Source: Euprymna scolopes (taxonomy: Eukaryota). From it: a DNA stretch of 64,000 nt. The translations under genes and the position numbers were made by a program. The stretch lies in assembly GCA_053919585.1 (NCBI GenBank), contig CM132785.1; one strand, given 5' to 3'. Below are positions 44,907 through 58,400 of the stretch, piece after piece. The first letter of the stretch is position 1; every line of letters starts with the position of its first letter. The notes beneath the pieces are model-generated. The model was not told the origin of the DNA. It worked only from the letters and a program-made list of their open reading frames with translations, and did not search any database.

Positions 44907-47900
44907 ATTAAGCTACACATAATATTCCGCGTTTCATCCACACTAGGATTCGTCAAGCTAATTCTAGCGTGGATGAAACGCGGAATATTCTGTGTAGCTT
45001 AATTGCCATATATATTTTTCTAACTTACTACCTAGCTCTACCTATGTATTGAGCAGTGTTGAAGTAAATACTTAGTTTACACATAAATTATACTTCCGTA
45101 TATTAATTTATGTGATTAAATGAAGTAGTCATTTTTAATAATATATATATATACATATATATATATATTATAATTAGTTGAATTACAACAAAAAGAAAAC
45201 AGAATTCTAAAAATAATTTATTTTTAAAAGATTTAAATAGGATAAAATTTCAATGTTCCGCGATATAGAGTTTTAAATAGATAGTTAATTAGTTTTTCAA
45301 TTTTAAAGAATATTTTGATATAATATAAAAAATGACTATTGGCAATTATAAAATAGCAAATTCAACTACAACTTGAAATCATTTTAATTGTAAAAAGATG
45401 TTTATTGTAGGGTGGGGGGTCAACTTGATTTTAGCCCCTATCTTCAAAAAAATGTACGGACGTCTCTAATTAATAAAATTATCATAAACCATAACAAAAA
45501 TGAAAAAAAAAACAAAAAAACGGCTGCTTTCCCCTACTCAAAGCGTTTAATGGCTTCCGTAAAAAGCATGCACATTGTTACGGTAGACACAAAATGATGA
45601 GGTGGCAGATAATGCGTAAAATGTTGGTGACTTACACAAGAATTTGAACATCTTTAAAGTGTATGTATGGGTCTACAGATATGTATGCGTGTAAAAGTAT
45701 ATGTATGGGTCTACAGATATGTTTGCGTGTAAAAGTATATGTATGGGTCTACAGATATGTTTGCGTGTAAAAGTGTATGTATGGGTCTACAGATATGTTT
45801 GCGTGTAAAAGTGTATGTATGGGTCTACAGATATGTATGCGTGTAAAAGTATATGTATGGGTCTACAGATATGTTTGCGTTGGCAAAGAAGACATTAATT
45901 TATCAAAAGATATTTCCTAGGGCCAAAATAGTACATTTTTTCTGCTTTTTCACATGTAAATCTATCTAGACATTTGCTACAAAACTATTTCTTATAATAA
46001 TAATAAGAAATGTCAGGTAAAGCCGCTTAAATTTATTTCTATGAAGTACTATCTAAAACTTAATTTTAAAATGTCTTATTTACCTTTATTTCGGTTAATT
46101 TCACACAGAAATCTAAGCACATCAATAAAAATTATATTTACAATGTCGTCAATAGGTTCTGAAAGTTGAGAGCCACTTTGTAATAAAAATTAAGTAGAGA
46201 ATTTACAATTAATAATGAAAATTAACTAGAGAATAAAACATTATAAAATGCTTTACAAGCTCTTAATTATTATCCAGGTAAGATCTCTAATGGTCGCTTA
46301 ACACGACAGAATTAAGCATTTTATAATTAATCTCTATTAAGATATACCTTGCATTTATTTAAGCATTCAAATATCTGTCAATATTATGTAACCATTCTAA
46401 GAGAATTACATACTGAAATAAATTATAATTATTCACTTTCAACCTGTTCTGATTTCTTATCACCTGAATCAAACCTGTTCTTTGATAGCAGCGTCGGGTA
46501 TAAGGGGAAATACTCAACTTATCCGTTCGGTTCCTGTAAGCGTAAGAGTTGCTTCCCTTGGAATAAAATAAACACCGCATTGTTTTCTTTGATTATAAAA
46601 ATCAATGCTTTTTTATCCTTTAGATTAATTCATTTACAAGTAAGCAAACTAGCCCCAGACTGCGAGATTGAGTTCAACCGATTTTCACATATTTCGACAC
46701 GGCTGCCTTCTCTCTTCTCCTTAACAATGAATATAAACCTTGTTTACGTTAACTGACATCACCTCGGTCATAAACTCTTGATCACAGCTTTCTCACACAA
46801 TACGAATGTTTTTTTGTTTTTTTTTGATCGCGCTTTTTAACCCATTTTACAATAAAGACAAATTATATTTCCGCTTTGTTCATATCTTTATAATCGTATT
46901 AATTTGTTTTGACTTCAAATCCGTCTGCAGACGATCCGGGTTCAAAATCTGCGTCTTGTCTAATAATATTACACCTAACCTAGAATAGAAAACTTTTATC
47001 TTGTTGGAAGAAAATAATTATCATTATCGAAATTTTGCGCACATATTTGTATAAATTCTGCTTACCCATATAAAGCATAATAATTGATTTAACACGTGTG
47101 TTTACATATTCAAACTCTTTCTATGCTTTACAGATAGTTATGAGTGAATGGTTTATTTAGCATACAAACACCCCCTCAATAAATGCAGCATTTTTTGCAA
47201 TGGTGCCCATTAGGTATACTGTACAGAGGTAGATAGATTCAGTCTTTTAAAAATGACTTAATTTAACAAGAACATGAATAAGCAGTGTTTGAATTAAATC
47301 TAAATTTACTGAGTAAACTTTCCATTTTTATAATTATCTTCGAAGTCTTAATTTGAATGTGCTCGTATCAACAATATTACAATAAAGAGTTCTAGCTTGT
47401 TTCGTAATTTTGTTTTGAAATCAAATATAACAATAACACAGAAATATAAAAAATAACAATGTATGAGACATTTAAGCCAGCTTAATTGCATAGTGACGAC
47501 AATACTAAATCAACATTGGAATTAACATAAGTAAGCAAAGCGTTGCCAGCTATTTGAAACCAAACTAACCTCCACTGCGGTCGTAACCAACAAATTGTAA
47601 TTGAGATCTAGCCTCTTGAATATCTGGTGTAAGTTCCGAATGACCGGAACTGATACATTCGTTTAACACTTTCTCAAGAAGTTCAGGATCGTTTTGTTTT
47701 CTGGCTGTGTCCAGTTTCTCACGTAGTATGTCTGGGGTAATTTTTCCTGACAAGTAAAACACACAAACAACTTTCAGAAAAAGGGACAACTATTTTTATA
47801 ATGTTGGAATAAAACATGTAAAGCCAATCGAGATGGACAGCTCAGATGAAAGCGTTGAAACAAGACGAGCAAATGCGTTGGCAAATATTTATTTCGCATA

Positions 47901-48026
47901 CCGAGATTTCGACTCTTGTATCGCAAAATGGCGAAGCAACATTTAAATTGTGATTCACAAACATTTTCGGTTTTGGCATGATAAATACTTCAGAATAAAA
48001 TACATTGATACTTACATGTGTATCCG

Positions 48027-48114
<88 letters not shown>

Positions 48115-51100
48115 ACAGATTGGTCACCGGATATTAAAGCTAAAAGTATAAAGGTTTTTCATAGGGATGCATTATTAGTTGAATAGATATGAATAAGATT
48201 AGATGATTTTTAGAATTAATAAAAATGTATGACTGATGAAGATGGTTCATGAAAAGTATTTATTGACATTAGCCTTGAAGATTAAAATATTTTACCCTCA
48301 ATGAAAGAAACTGACGTAACATATTTACCATACATATTCTTAATCTCATCGACTGAATTTGTTGTTGTCAGAAGATGATTGATACAATTATACGACACAA
48401 AACGTTACTATTGATCCACATTATCAGGTAATCCAATTAAATTTTAATAGTAAATGTGCTGATCTACCCATGGTAGTTTACACTAGGAAAGGATATAAGC
48501 CATAATTAAAGCCTTAACTGTGAAAGTGATTGGTCTATTTATCTGTAATGTACGCTATATCTCCCACTTTCTCGGGGAGAAAAAAGATTTTTAATTAATT
48601 GTAATTTCAGCTTTGTCCTTACATCTATTTGGAATAGCACTTAACATATGGTTACCATAAATTAAATACAATTTAATCGAAACCACAATAATTTTAATTA
48701 TGCACATAACTATTATTAATGTGGTACGTATAAATCTGTTATCAAGTTTAACTTTTCTACATCTTATTAGNNNNNNNNNNNNNNNNNNNNNNNNNNNNNN
48801 NNNNNNNNNNNNNNNNNNNNNNNNNNNNNNNNNNNNNNNNNNNNNNNNNNNNNNNNNNNNNNNNNNNNNNNNNNNNNNNNNNNNNNNNNNNNNNNNNNNN
48901 NNNNNNNNNNNNNNNNNNNNNNNNNNNNTATCTAGAGATTATTTGGAGCACTATTCTAAATTAATGAAATGAATCGCATTGGTAAATTTCGATTATATGA
49001 AGTAAGATATTAGAAAAATATTGAAAATTTTCGATGTCCCATAGAAATGCTATTATTGAAAGATTATACTGGCATTACTTTTTATAATACTCATAGATAA
49101 GTTATAGACTTTGAGCAAGGAATAACACGCTACATTCTCGAAAAGCGTTTAAATAAAACTTCTTAACTTACATAAAAAATCAATCATGAATTAAAGATTC
49201 TTTATTGTGAATAATCAACGAAATGGTGCATGGTAGAAATTATCTGTCCAATGATGAAAATACAACTGAATTGATCAAATAATTCATGCTTGAAATATAT
49301 TTTTGTAAAAACAAAATACTTATATTTAATATTGCTTTTAAAAGATAAAGTATATTTTCTGTCGGAAAACTGAAAATTATTACTGCAAATAAAATAGAAA
49401 TGATGCATGCTAGATTCATCAGTTTATGATGTGAATTTGTGGCATGGATGAACAAGAGAATGTAGTTTCAAAATGGTGGATATGTTTGTGTTCTACATGA
49501 ACACACATGTAAAAAAGCACAATTTTGTGAAAAATAAAAACATAGCTGTCGATACTGTTGAAATCTTCAATCTGAGTAATTTAAAAAAGAAATTTATTGA
49601 AGAAATGTTTGGAAAGACGTAATTATGTACGTATAGATTTTAATCATTAAATTTTACCAATTTTGTATCGGATTAATATTTAGTCAATTATATTTTTTTA
49701 AATGAATTATAATTTTATTATTAATCTAAAAATTGTCATCACATCATCTTACATATTTTAAATATTATATTGCATGAAATCGAGACGAGAAAAAGGATCG
49801 TCTGATCTTAAAATTAATATACATTTTAGAAAGTTTTATCTTTTTTACGAAATGAGTCGAATCATTTTAGATGCGTTTGCCGTTGTAGAAATATTTACCA
49901 GCCTTTTTTCTCGTCAGCATTTTATAATTATATTGCACTCAATATTTATATATTACGCTACAGCATCGTATTTTATTTAGTCTTGATATTAAGTTTAGTT
50001 TTAATATTAATGTTATTCTTGCTAAGCGAAACAATGATTCTTCTGTTACAAGACAAGTTTACGAAACTGGGTACTTTGACACAACACCAACATCGCTGTT
50101 TATTGTTAGTAGAATAAGCAATCAAGTACAAATATACAGTGCGCGGTATAAGACGAATAAAAGAACGCATTTCATAACACATGATTTGAAAAAACATTTT
50201 TATTATAAAAAACAATATTGATTTTTTTGTAAAACAAGCCATATTCAACAGAAGTATAATTCATGATTATCACTTTATTTGCTGTATTTATTGACATATA
50301 AGACCCATGTGTATTCCTTAAACCCATTAGAATACGTAGAATATTTTTGTTGTATTTACAAGTAAGTATTTAGACAATGGGATTATGAATATAAAATAAA
50401 ATAAATCGAATATACTGCGACAGTTTAAATGTTTTCCGTATTACCGTTATGAATTAGTTAAATAAAATTAAAACATATTTCTTTTATATAACATCATTTT
50501 AGTGACTGATAAAAAGTCAACGATTAAAACCAAAATTAATAATAATGATAATAATGATAAAAATAATTGATTAAATAATAGTATTATGCAATTATGTTTT
50601 GTTAAAATTCTATAAAAATGATTCTACCATATCATCCAATATTTTTGCTTTTTTTTTTTGAAAACATCGGGTCTCATATGGCATCAAATATAAAATCTGT
50701 ATAGATTGTTCGAAAGGCACATATCGAAATGTTTTATATAATCAATGTTGTATTTATTATATGCTTTACTGGTTATATTTTTATATATATATATATATAA
50801 GAGATTTTTTTCTCTTCGAAAATTATTAAAAAAAAATGATTTTATGCTGAGTATTGGTACTGAGGCATGTGTTCGTCGTTTTCCTTTGACACATTCAGGT
50901 GGTTGGATAACATCCGGTCTTTAAGGACTTTTCTTCGTTTGGAAAAGACTAATGCCAGGTCCTTTCACTTCTAGGCTTGGCGCTTGCACAGTAATCGAAC
51001 CTGATAATCAAAATTAATTGCAGGTGAAGAAACAGTTTAATACAAGAGAGTCAGAAAAAAATTATCACGTATTAAGTTGAAAAGGTATAAAAAGAATAAA

Positions 51101-51306
51101 TGTTATGTATATGCATATGTTTTATAAATAATGTATTATATGTCAATATTATTTACTATCTTTTGCAATAAGTTATTGAAATTCCACTCATATGACATTA
51201 TTGAAATTATGAAGAGAAATAAATGAAAATAAGGAATTATGTGCGTAATGGAACTAAATGATTAGATGTATTTTTCAATGACGTAATTGATTTGCGTTAA
51301 AACACG

Positions 51307-51376
<70 letters not shown>

Positions 51377-54300
51377 TTGTGTGTGTTACAAATAAAATGA
51401 AATTATTCCATATCAATAAAAGAAAAGAAAAGACAGAAGATAAAAAAAGTATTTGCGAGAAAATAAAGAAGAGTAGTTTTAACTTTCAATTGTGTAGCGT
51501 TTGACAAGACATGGAAAAATATATTCTTATGGGTAAGTGTAGTACGATTTTCGGTAAGCTTGATTATGTTGTCGATTTCTGTTTCCTAGATTCTTTTCTA
51601 GAATCAAGTACTGACAGCAAGGACAACGTAAGCATTACCGACATTGGTAAAAGTGAAATTATTGCTATGTAAACGACTGCATTCGAACTTAACACAATCA
51701 AATCGCCAGTCTGTGTCGTTATCCGGTGCACCATCGTCGCCTCCCGTGCTCTAAATATTAAGCATTAATTCCAGCAATTAAAATTTATTATTTACTGTAA
51801 AGCATACCAATATTTTCATGCTGAAAGTGTTTACTTATTTAAGTATTTTAATGCTTTGTTAGTTACATGTCAATTGCAATAGAAAATTCCGAAACATATT
51901 CGAAAGAATCTTTGTATACTTCAAAAGCCTCTAAATATAGGGAATTATTGAGTATACAATATTTGCTCTGACCTACGGAAATATAGCATCCTTCAAATTT
52001 AGTTTGGAAATGTAAACAAATTGTAGTGAATCTAAATAAAGGCATAACTAGAGCAGATAATCTTTATGCAAGATTTTTAGAACCGTTTCACATCACTCTG
52101 CATTATAGTTTATAATATAGCGCATTAGTTTAAACAATGCGAATGTTTCATTTCAAGATGAAAGTGATTGTGTGAAAAGTCTACTGCAGTTAACTATAAC
52201 ATATATATATATTTTCAAAACGGCACCTTCCCTACGTGGATTGAACCGGCTTCCTCCAACGGAGGAAGTCTTAGATGTATTAAAATCACAAGCGATCACA
52301 ATCAGGGGAGATAACAACATTAGTTTTTGCAGGGAGGCGTTGAGGTAGTTTTACATGCACCGCTTACTATTCTCGAATAGTAATCCATCTGCTACTAACA
52401 AGAATTGGTGTGTCAACATGATTAGATTGATATAGTTATTAGAATGATAACATAACCAGTGCGAACTGAACGTATTGCAATCATTTTGATTAGACTAACG
52501 TTTGCAGCACTGATGTTTGCAAAGTTGGTTTTATTTGCTTATTATTTTTAATTGATTTCAATATGCTTATCCAATTCAATTTAAGATTAAACAAATCGAA
52601 TAATCATATGTTTAATGCACTTGTTATATGATGACGCTGATACAAAGAATATTGTGTTAACATAAAGTGTAGAAAAGTTCAGATTATCATGTCTATTTAA
52701 TTCCAAACTATTTGTTTCAGGTGTATTGTTATGTCATTTTTACAAAGGGAACAAGAAATTCAATACAACTGTGTAAAACAGTAATTATTCTTATTAAATA
52801 CGTTATATATTAGTGTCACAGATCTCAAACTTTTACTTAATTTAAAACGTGACAACTGTGTAAGCGCAAAGGCGAATGGGTGTATGTTCATGCCGAAGCG
52901 GAAATTGGAAAAAGAAAAAAAGAAAATGATTCAATAAGGTAATATCCTAGTGACTAACCTCCACGACCAAAGCCTAGTTTTTCCAGTGCGTCTCTGGCTA
53001 GATTAAGCTCGAGAGAAAGTTCCGGATAACCGGCTTCTTCGGACTCATCGATGGCTGTCTCCAATTCAAGTTTATTCTTGCTTTTGATCGCTGCGGTTAG
53101 TTGAGCTTGCAGTTCGTCTGGGGTTTTCAACGCTGATTAACGCAATTTGTAATTAAATGTAAGGGAGAAATAATTGTTTTTTTTTAATGAAAACTGCATT
53201 TATCGTTTATATTTAATGCGAATCTTGAGACACAAGTTTCCTTTATTTAAATATCCAGAAAATTCATTGCAAACAGTATTACGGCCATAATAAAATAAAT
53301 ATATAAACATATGAAATTAATTTTATAGGAAATTGTAAAAGGTTATTATGAATTAAAACAATGGCTTTCTTTGTGTGAAAACCACATTTATCGTGAAACG
53401 ATTTAGTTATACTTTAAATGAATCTTTAAACAAACATTGTCTTACTATTCAGACAATTTATTGCAAATAGATTTTATGACTATAATGAAATAGATGATAA
53501 ACATTTAGAATTAATGTTACTATAATTTGTAATAAAATCATTTTATAAATAAAAAAAATGAATGAAGAATATTTCGTTAATCAATTATGATGTAATCATG
53601 TATTGTCTGAGGTCATTTTGAATATTATTCATTATAAAAATAACTTGAAGCTTTGAATTTTGCGTAACCTTATGACATAAAACGTTGATGCGTATATAAA
53701 ACTTTCTTCTAACCTCCTTTGCCACCATTCAATTTATATAAGGTTTCTCTGGCTTCGTGAATGTCGGCATCAAGTCCAGGAAGGCCAGCTGATACGGCGT
53801 CTTTAATTGTTGACTCCAACACTTTCTTATCCTTTGATTTGATGGCTGTCTTCAACTGATGGCGCATGCTTTCGAGGGTTATAGACCCTGATAATTAAAT
53901 GTTAATTTTAATTGAACATTTCTATATAAAAAATACGGGACCAATAATAAAGATACTGATGTAGATAATTCTACATCAACAGGAATAATTTGATATTAAG
54001 GATTACATAGAAATTTGATTTAAAAAGAACATTCTTCTTACAATTTAAATTAGTCAAGAATTATTAAATAAAATGAATTTAATTGAAATATAAACACAAA
54101 CAATTTTAATGCAGATGATTTTTTTTGTGATTGGCTAACCTCCATATCCGCCTCCGAGTTTGTGAAGAGATTCACGAGCATCACGAAGATAGATCCCCAG
54201 TTCTGGTAATTGGATAGATTCAATATCCTGGATAAGCCTTTCCAGAACAGATCGATCTTTTTTCATTCCAGCTGAGCGCAGTTGATCACGCATATTTTTA

Positions 54301-55426
54301 GGAGAAGTTATATCAGCAGATACATCTATGTAAATAATAATTAGATATTTTATGAATAAATGAACGTATTATTTTATTCACATCCTATTTTTACACATAA
54401 AGTTACTAAAACATAAGCAAATTTGTATACAGTTTTGTATTAACTTTATTTATTACCACTAGAAATAAAATCTAGTTAATTAAGCAAGCAGTCATTCTTG
54501 ATAATCTATTTGGTAATATTAGATATAATAATAGAAAGAGAGGTGATAAATTATGATGTAATATCCCGGAAACTGACCTCCCGACTTAATTTTATACTTT
54601 CCAGCATGTCTCTGTATTACCCCAATATGAATAGCAGGCAATGTACTATTATAGCTGACAGCAGAAAATAATAAAACATGTACAACAAATAAATTATACC
54701 AAACGCAATAAAAATTAATTTTCTATCTACTTGCATAGCTTTTCAGTATCTCACTCTTTTTAAGTGTTTGCTTTTTTTTTAGGTTTTATATCGTAACATA
54801 AGAAGTTTCCAAAAATACGAATTTAAGATGGCGTCGTATTTTACGTGATGTGAAGAATTGCATGGTCCCATTATCTTGAATTTGTGGTTATAAGCTTTCT
54901 AGGAAACGATAGAAAATCTGAAAAAAAACGAACACTTACAAAAATATCAAAATGTAAAAGCTATTTAAATCGATCGAAAAGTAAATTTTCTATTGTTTAA
55001 TATATGTTATTTGTTGTAAATTTGTTTATTATTTATTTTCTGCTGTTAACTATAATGTGCCATTGCCGAACAACATTAGACGTAGACCTAAGTACTACTT
55101 TAGTTACATGGATTTTTCATAAGATTTTGACTGCGTTATTTTATTTTTTCTTTTATTTAATTTAATACCACGACAAATGCTATGTTAAAATAAATAGAAT
55201 ATTTTAAAATATTTCTACAAGTTAACAACAGAATTCGTACGAATTTATCTATCATTTGCCTTTATTAAAATTAAGTTTTACTGTTCATAAAGTATCAGAC
55301 AAATTATGCTTAGAAGCAAATCTGTTATATGTTTCAAATATGTGTATATATGTTTGTGTGTATATATAAATATATATATATATATACATTTATGCAAATA
55401 TTTATACATTTATACACTCATATATA

Positions 55427-55466
<40 letters not shown>

Positions 55467-58400
55467 TTGAAAAGTATAACAAGAGATTTCCTTCTATTTC
55501 TGCATTCACCATAATTTATGAATTAATGGATTATTACATCGAAGATCCATTACCTCTAAACAAACTTTATGTGTCACATAGACTAATATGAAACGTTTGA
55601 CTGATGAGTTGTATATTTAAATTATATACGGAAAAGCGATTATTGCACTTATTTAGACGATGATTATCAAATGAAAGATTCGAACCTCCAACGCCGGATT
55701 TTTTTCGGAACAATTGCATGCTAGGAAGTTTCACGTGCAGGCCGGGAGAAGATGTTGATCCTGATGTCCGAAATGAATAAAATTAATAGATATTTATTGT
55801 GATATTTTGAGCTGGAATGTCATTTACATAACTCCAATAAATTTGTCTTTTACAGCAATTAAACTTAGTCACAATTTTTATAAAACGTTTAGAAGTAAAT
55901 TATTTTTTTACAAATATTTAGTAAAATTAGATAAACCTCAAAATGTAATGAGATTTAAATAAACCAAATAGCATTATATTAGAAGGTTTATGTAAATTAT
56001 GAGAAAATAGGTTTACTTATAAGAAATATTTGATTTTTTTTATTTCTATTTTAAATAATATTTTATATTGTGCTTTAAATTCCATGTTTTGCATAAAAAA
56101 GTAAAATATTTTTTTAAATATTTATTTAATTCGAAAAGAAAAGCGCGTAAATACTTTATGAATCATAATTATATACAATCGGTGTTAGCGATAATTTTTA
56201 TAAAATATAAAATATTTTTTTAAATATTTATTTAATTCGAAAAGAAAAGCGCGTAAATACTTTAGGAATCATAATTATATACAATCGGTGTTAGCGATAA
56301 TTTTTATAAAGCTCTGTAAGCAATAAAAACCATAGAAACAAACCTTCACCACTTTTTTCCAGAGATTCCAGACGAATCCTGGCATCCTGGATTTCTGGCA
56401 TAAGCTCTGAATACCCAGAACTGACACATTCAGTTATGACATTCTCTAGAACTTCAGGGTCGTTTTTCTTCATAGCATTCTCTAGTTTCACGCGTAGTTT
56501 CTCTGCACTCAATTTTCCTGACAAACAAAAGTACTAATGACTAAACATAGCAACTTTATTCCCACCTCAAGACAACTAGTAAGATAGTGAAAATGACGAG
56601 TATATAAAAAGATGAAACTGGAAGTTCTCTTTTTATTACTCGTCTTGAAAGATTTAAATGAATGACATGAGAAATTCATTGAAATATGAAAGAAAGAATT
56701 GATGGAAATAAGAAAGAAAGAAAAGAAGTAAATTTTGATGAAAAAATATTCCAAGGAAAGACTTTTCTTCTATGGTAAAACATATATATATTTACAATTA
56801 TTAACCCGATGAAAAAAGGAAACGTATGATAATAATTTTGAAGAATTCTGAGCTTAATAGTGAACACATATCACTTAATAGAAATAGAAAATACTTTTCT
56901 TTGTGCCCTGAAGTAAAACACCGTAGCTCCGTATATTCATGTTTACTTTTCAGTCGCAAATATACTTATTAATTCAGAAAATAAATTGATACAAATTTGA
57001 TAGAAATTGATAGAAATGTTTGAAGAAATTTATCTCGATAGCATTTAGCGTTATTTTTTACAGACTCGATTGATCATAAAATCTAACAGATCATCAAATG
57101 TTTACTTTTTTTTTTACAGTTTTCATCAAGAAGATTAAAAGTGTTAGTTGTTTAAATATGATTACTAGAGTATTTGAAAATATAGAGAGGGTATTTGCTC
57201 GAAAAATAAACTTTAATACGATGTAGTGGAGTAAATAAAATTGTATATTGAAATATATATATTTTAACATGAATTGTATAAAAACAATGGACAACCTGTG
57301 TCGGTAAAGCGTTTTGATCAATACTCATTAATCATTAGGGTGATGAATGCAGTTTGTTAAAGCATGTATGTTATTTATTGCTCTTAGCAGGTTTTATATG
57401 ATTATGAAAATTTGCTAACTTCATAAGAACGAAAAGAGTTGTCCATTATTTTTATAGTAATTATTTATAATAATCGAAATGGTTACAGAAAAGCCGTAGA
57501 AATGTTAAATGTGGCGTTACTCGCCGAAAATAAGAAAGCAGATTATAAAGGAATTAATAATGAATGACCCATTAACTAACCTCCGCGCCCAAAGCCCATT
57601 CTCTCCAGAGTGTCTCTGGCGTGACGCAGATCGAGAGAAAGTTCCGGATAACAAGCTTGCTCACATTCCATGATGGCTTTCTCCAAATGAGATCGACTCT
57701 TTACCTCGAGTGCTGACCTCAAATGACCACGAATTGCATCCGGCGATGGGAGTCCTGATTAACGTAATTAGGAGTTTGTATTTTACACGTAAAAGTAAAC
57801 CGGCAACGTTAGCTCTTTATAAGTTTCAATTTCATAGAATAAAGAATAGTAATTTCTTAAAGTATCAGATTTATGAATTCGTGAACGATTACAATTAATA
57901 CATAATAACGAATTATATTCAAGGTGAAAATATTTTTATGTAACTCTATTTTTTAACTAAATATGATATAATATTTTTATTTAATCTATGAAAAATATTT
58001 CAGTAGTTTAATTATTTAAATATTTTTGGAATTATTTTCAATTTAAATTAGTTTTATTTCCTCTGTAAAATATAGATTTTAATCGAACCTAACCTCCTTT
58101 ACCAGACTTCAATTTATGCAAGGTTTCCCTTGCTTCTTGTATTTCTGAATGCAGACCAGGCAGGCCACTCGAGGTACTTTCTTTGATGGCTGCATCCAAG
58201 AGTTTCTTGTTCTTCGATTTTATAGCGTATTTCAATCGCTGACGTGTGTCTTCAGGGGACAATAATCCTGACAATTGAGATTCGAATTAATGTAACAGTT
58301 TCAATAAAATAAAGCGTAAATCAAATCAATAAAACGTATATTTCCAAGTGAATATCAAATGAATTTATCGTTATTTGGAAGTTTTATAAGTAAAACAATT

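Larger units (their letters stand above)
10029..48928. other. Nine assembly gaps (N runs)
   Basis: 10029-10261, 11959-12114, 16340-16501, 23024-23156, 31164-31316, 31411-31574, 40631-40801, 43768-43939, 48771-48928. Confidence 0.98.

Noticed and set aside
45659-45879. 38-bp repeat as a CRISPR-like array
   Set aside because: No unique spacers, eukaryotic context; an ordinary minisatellite.
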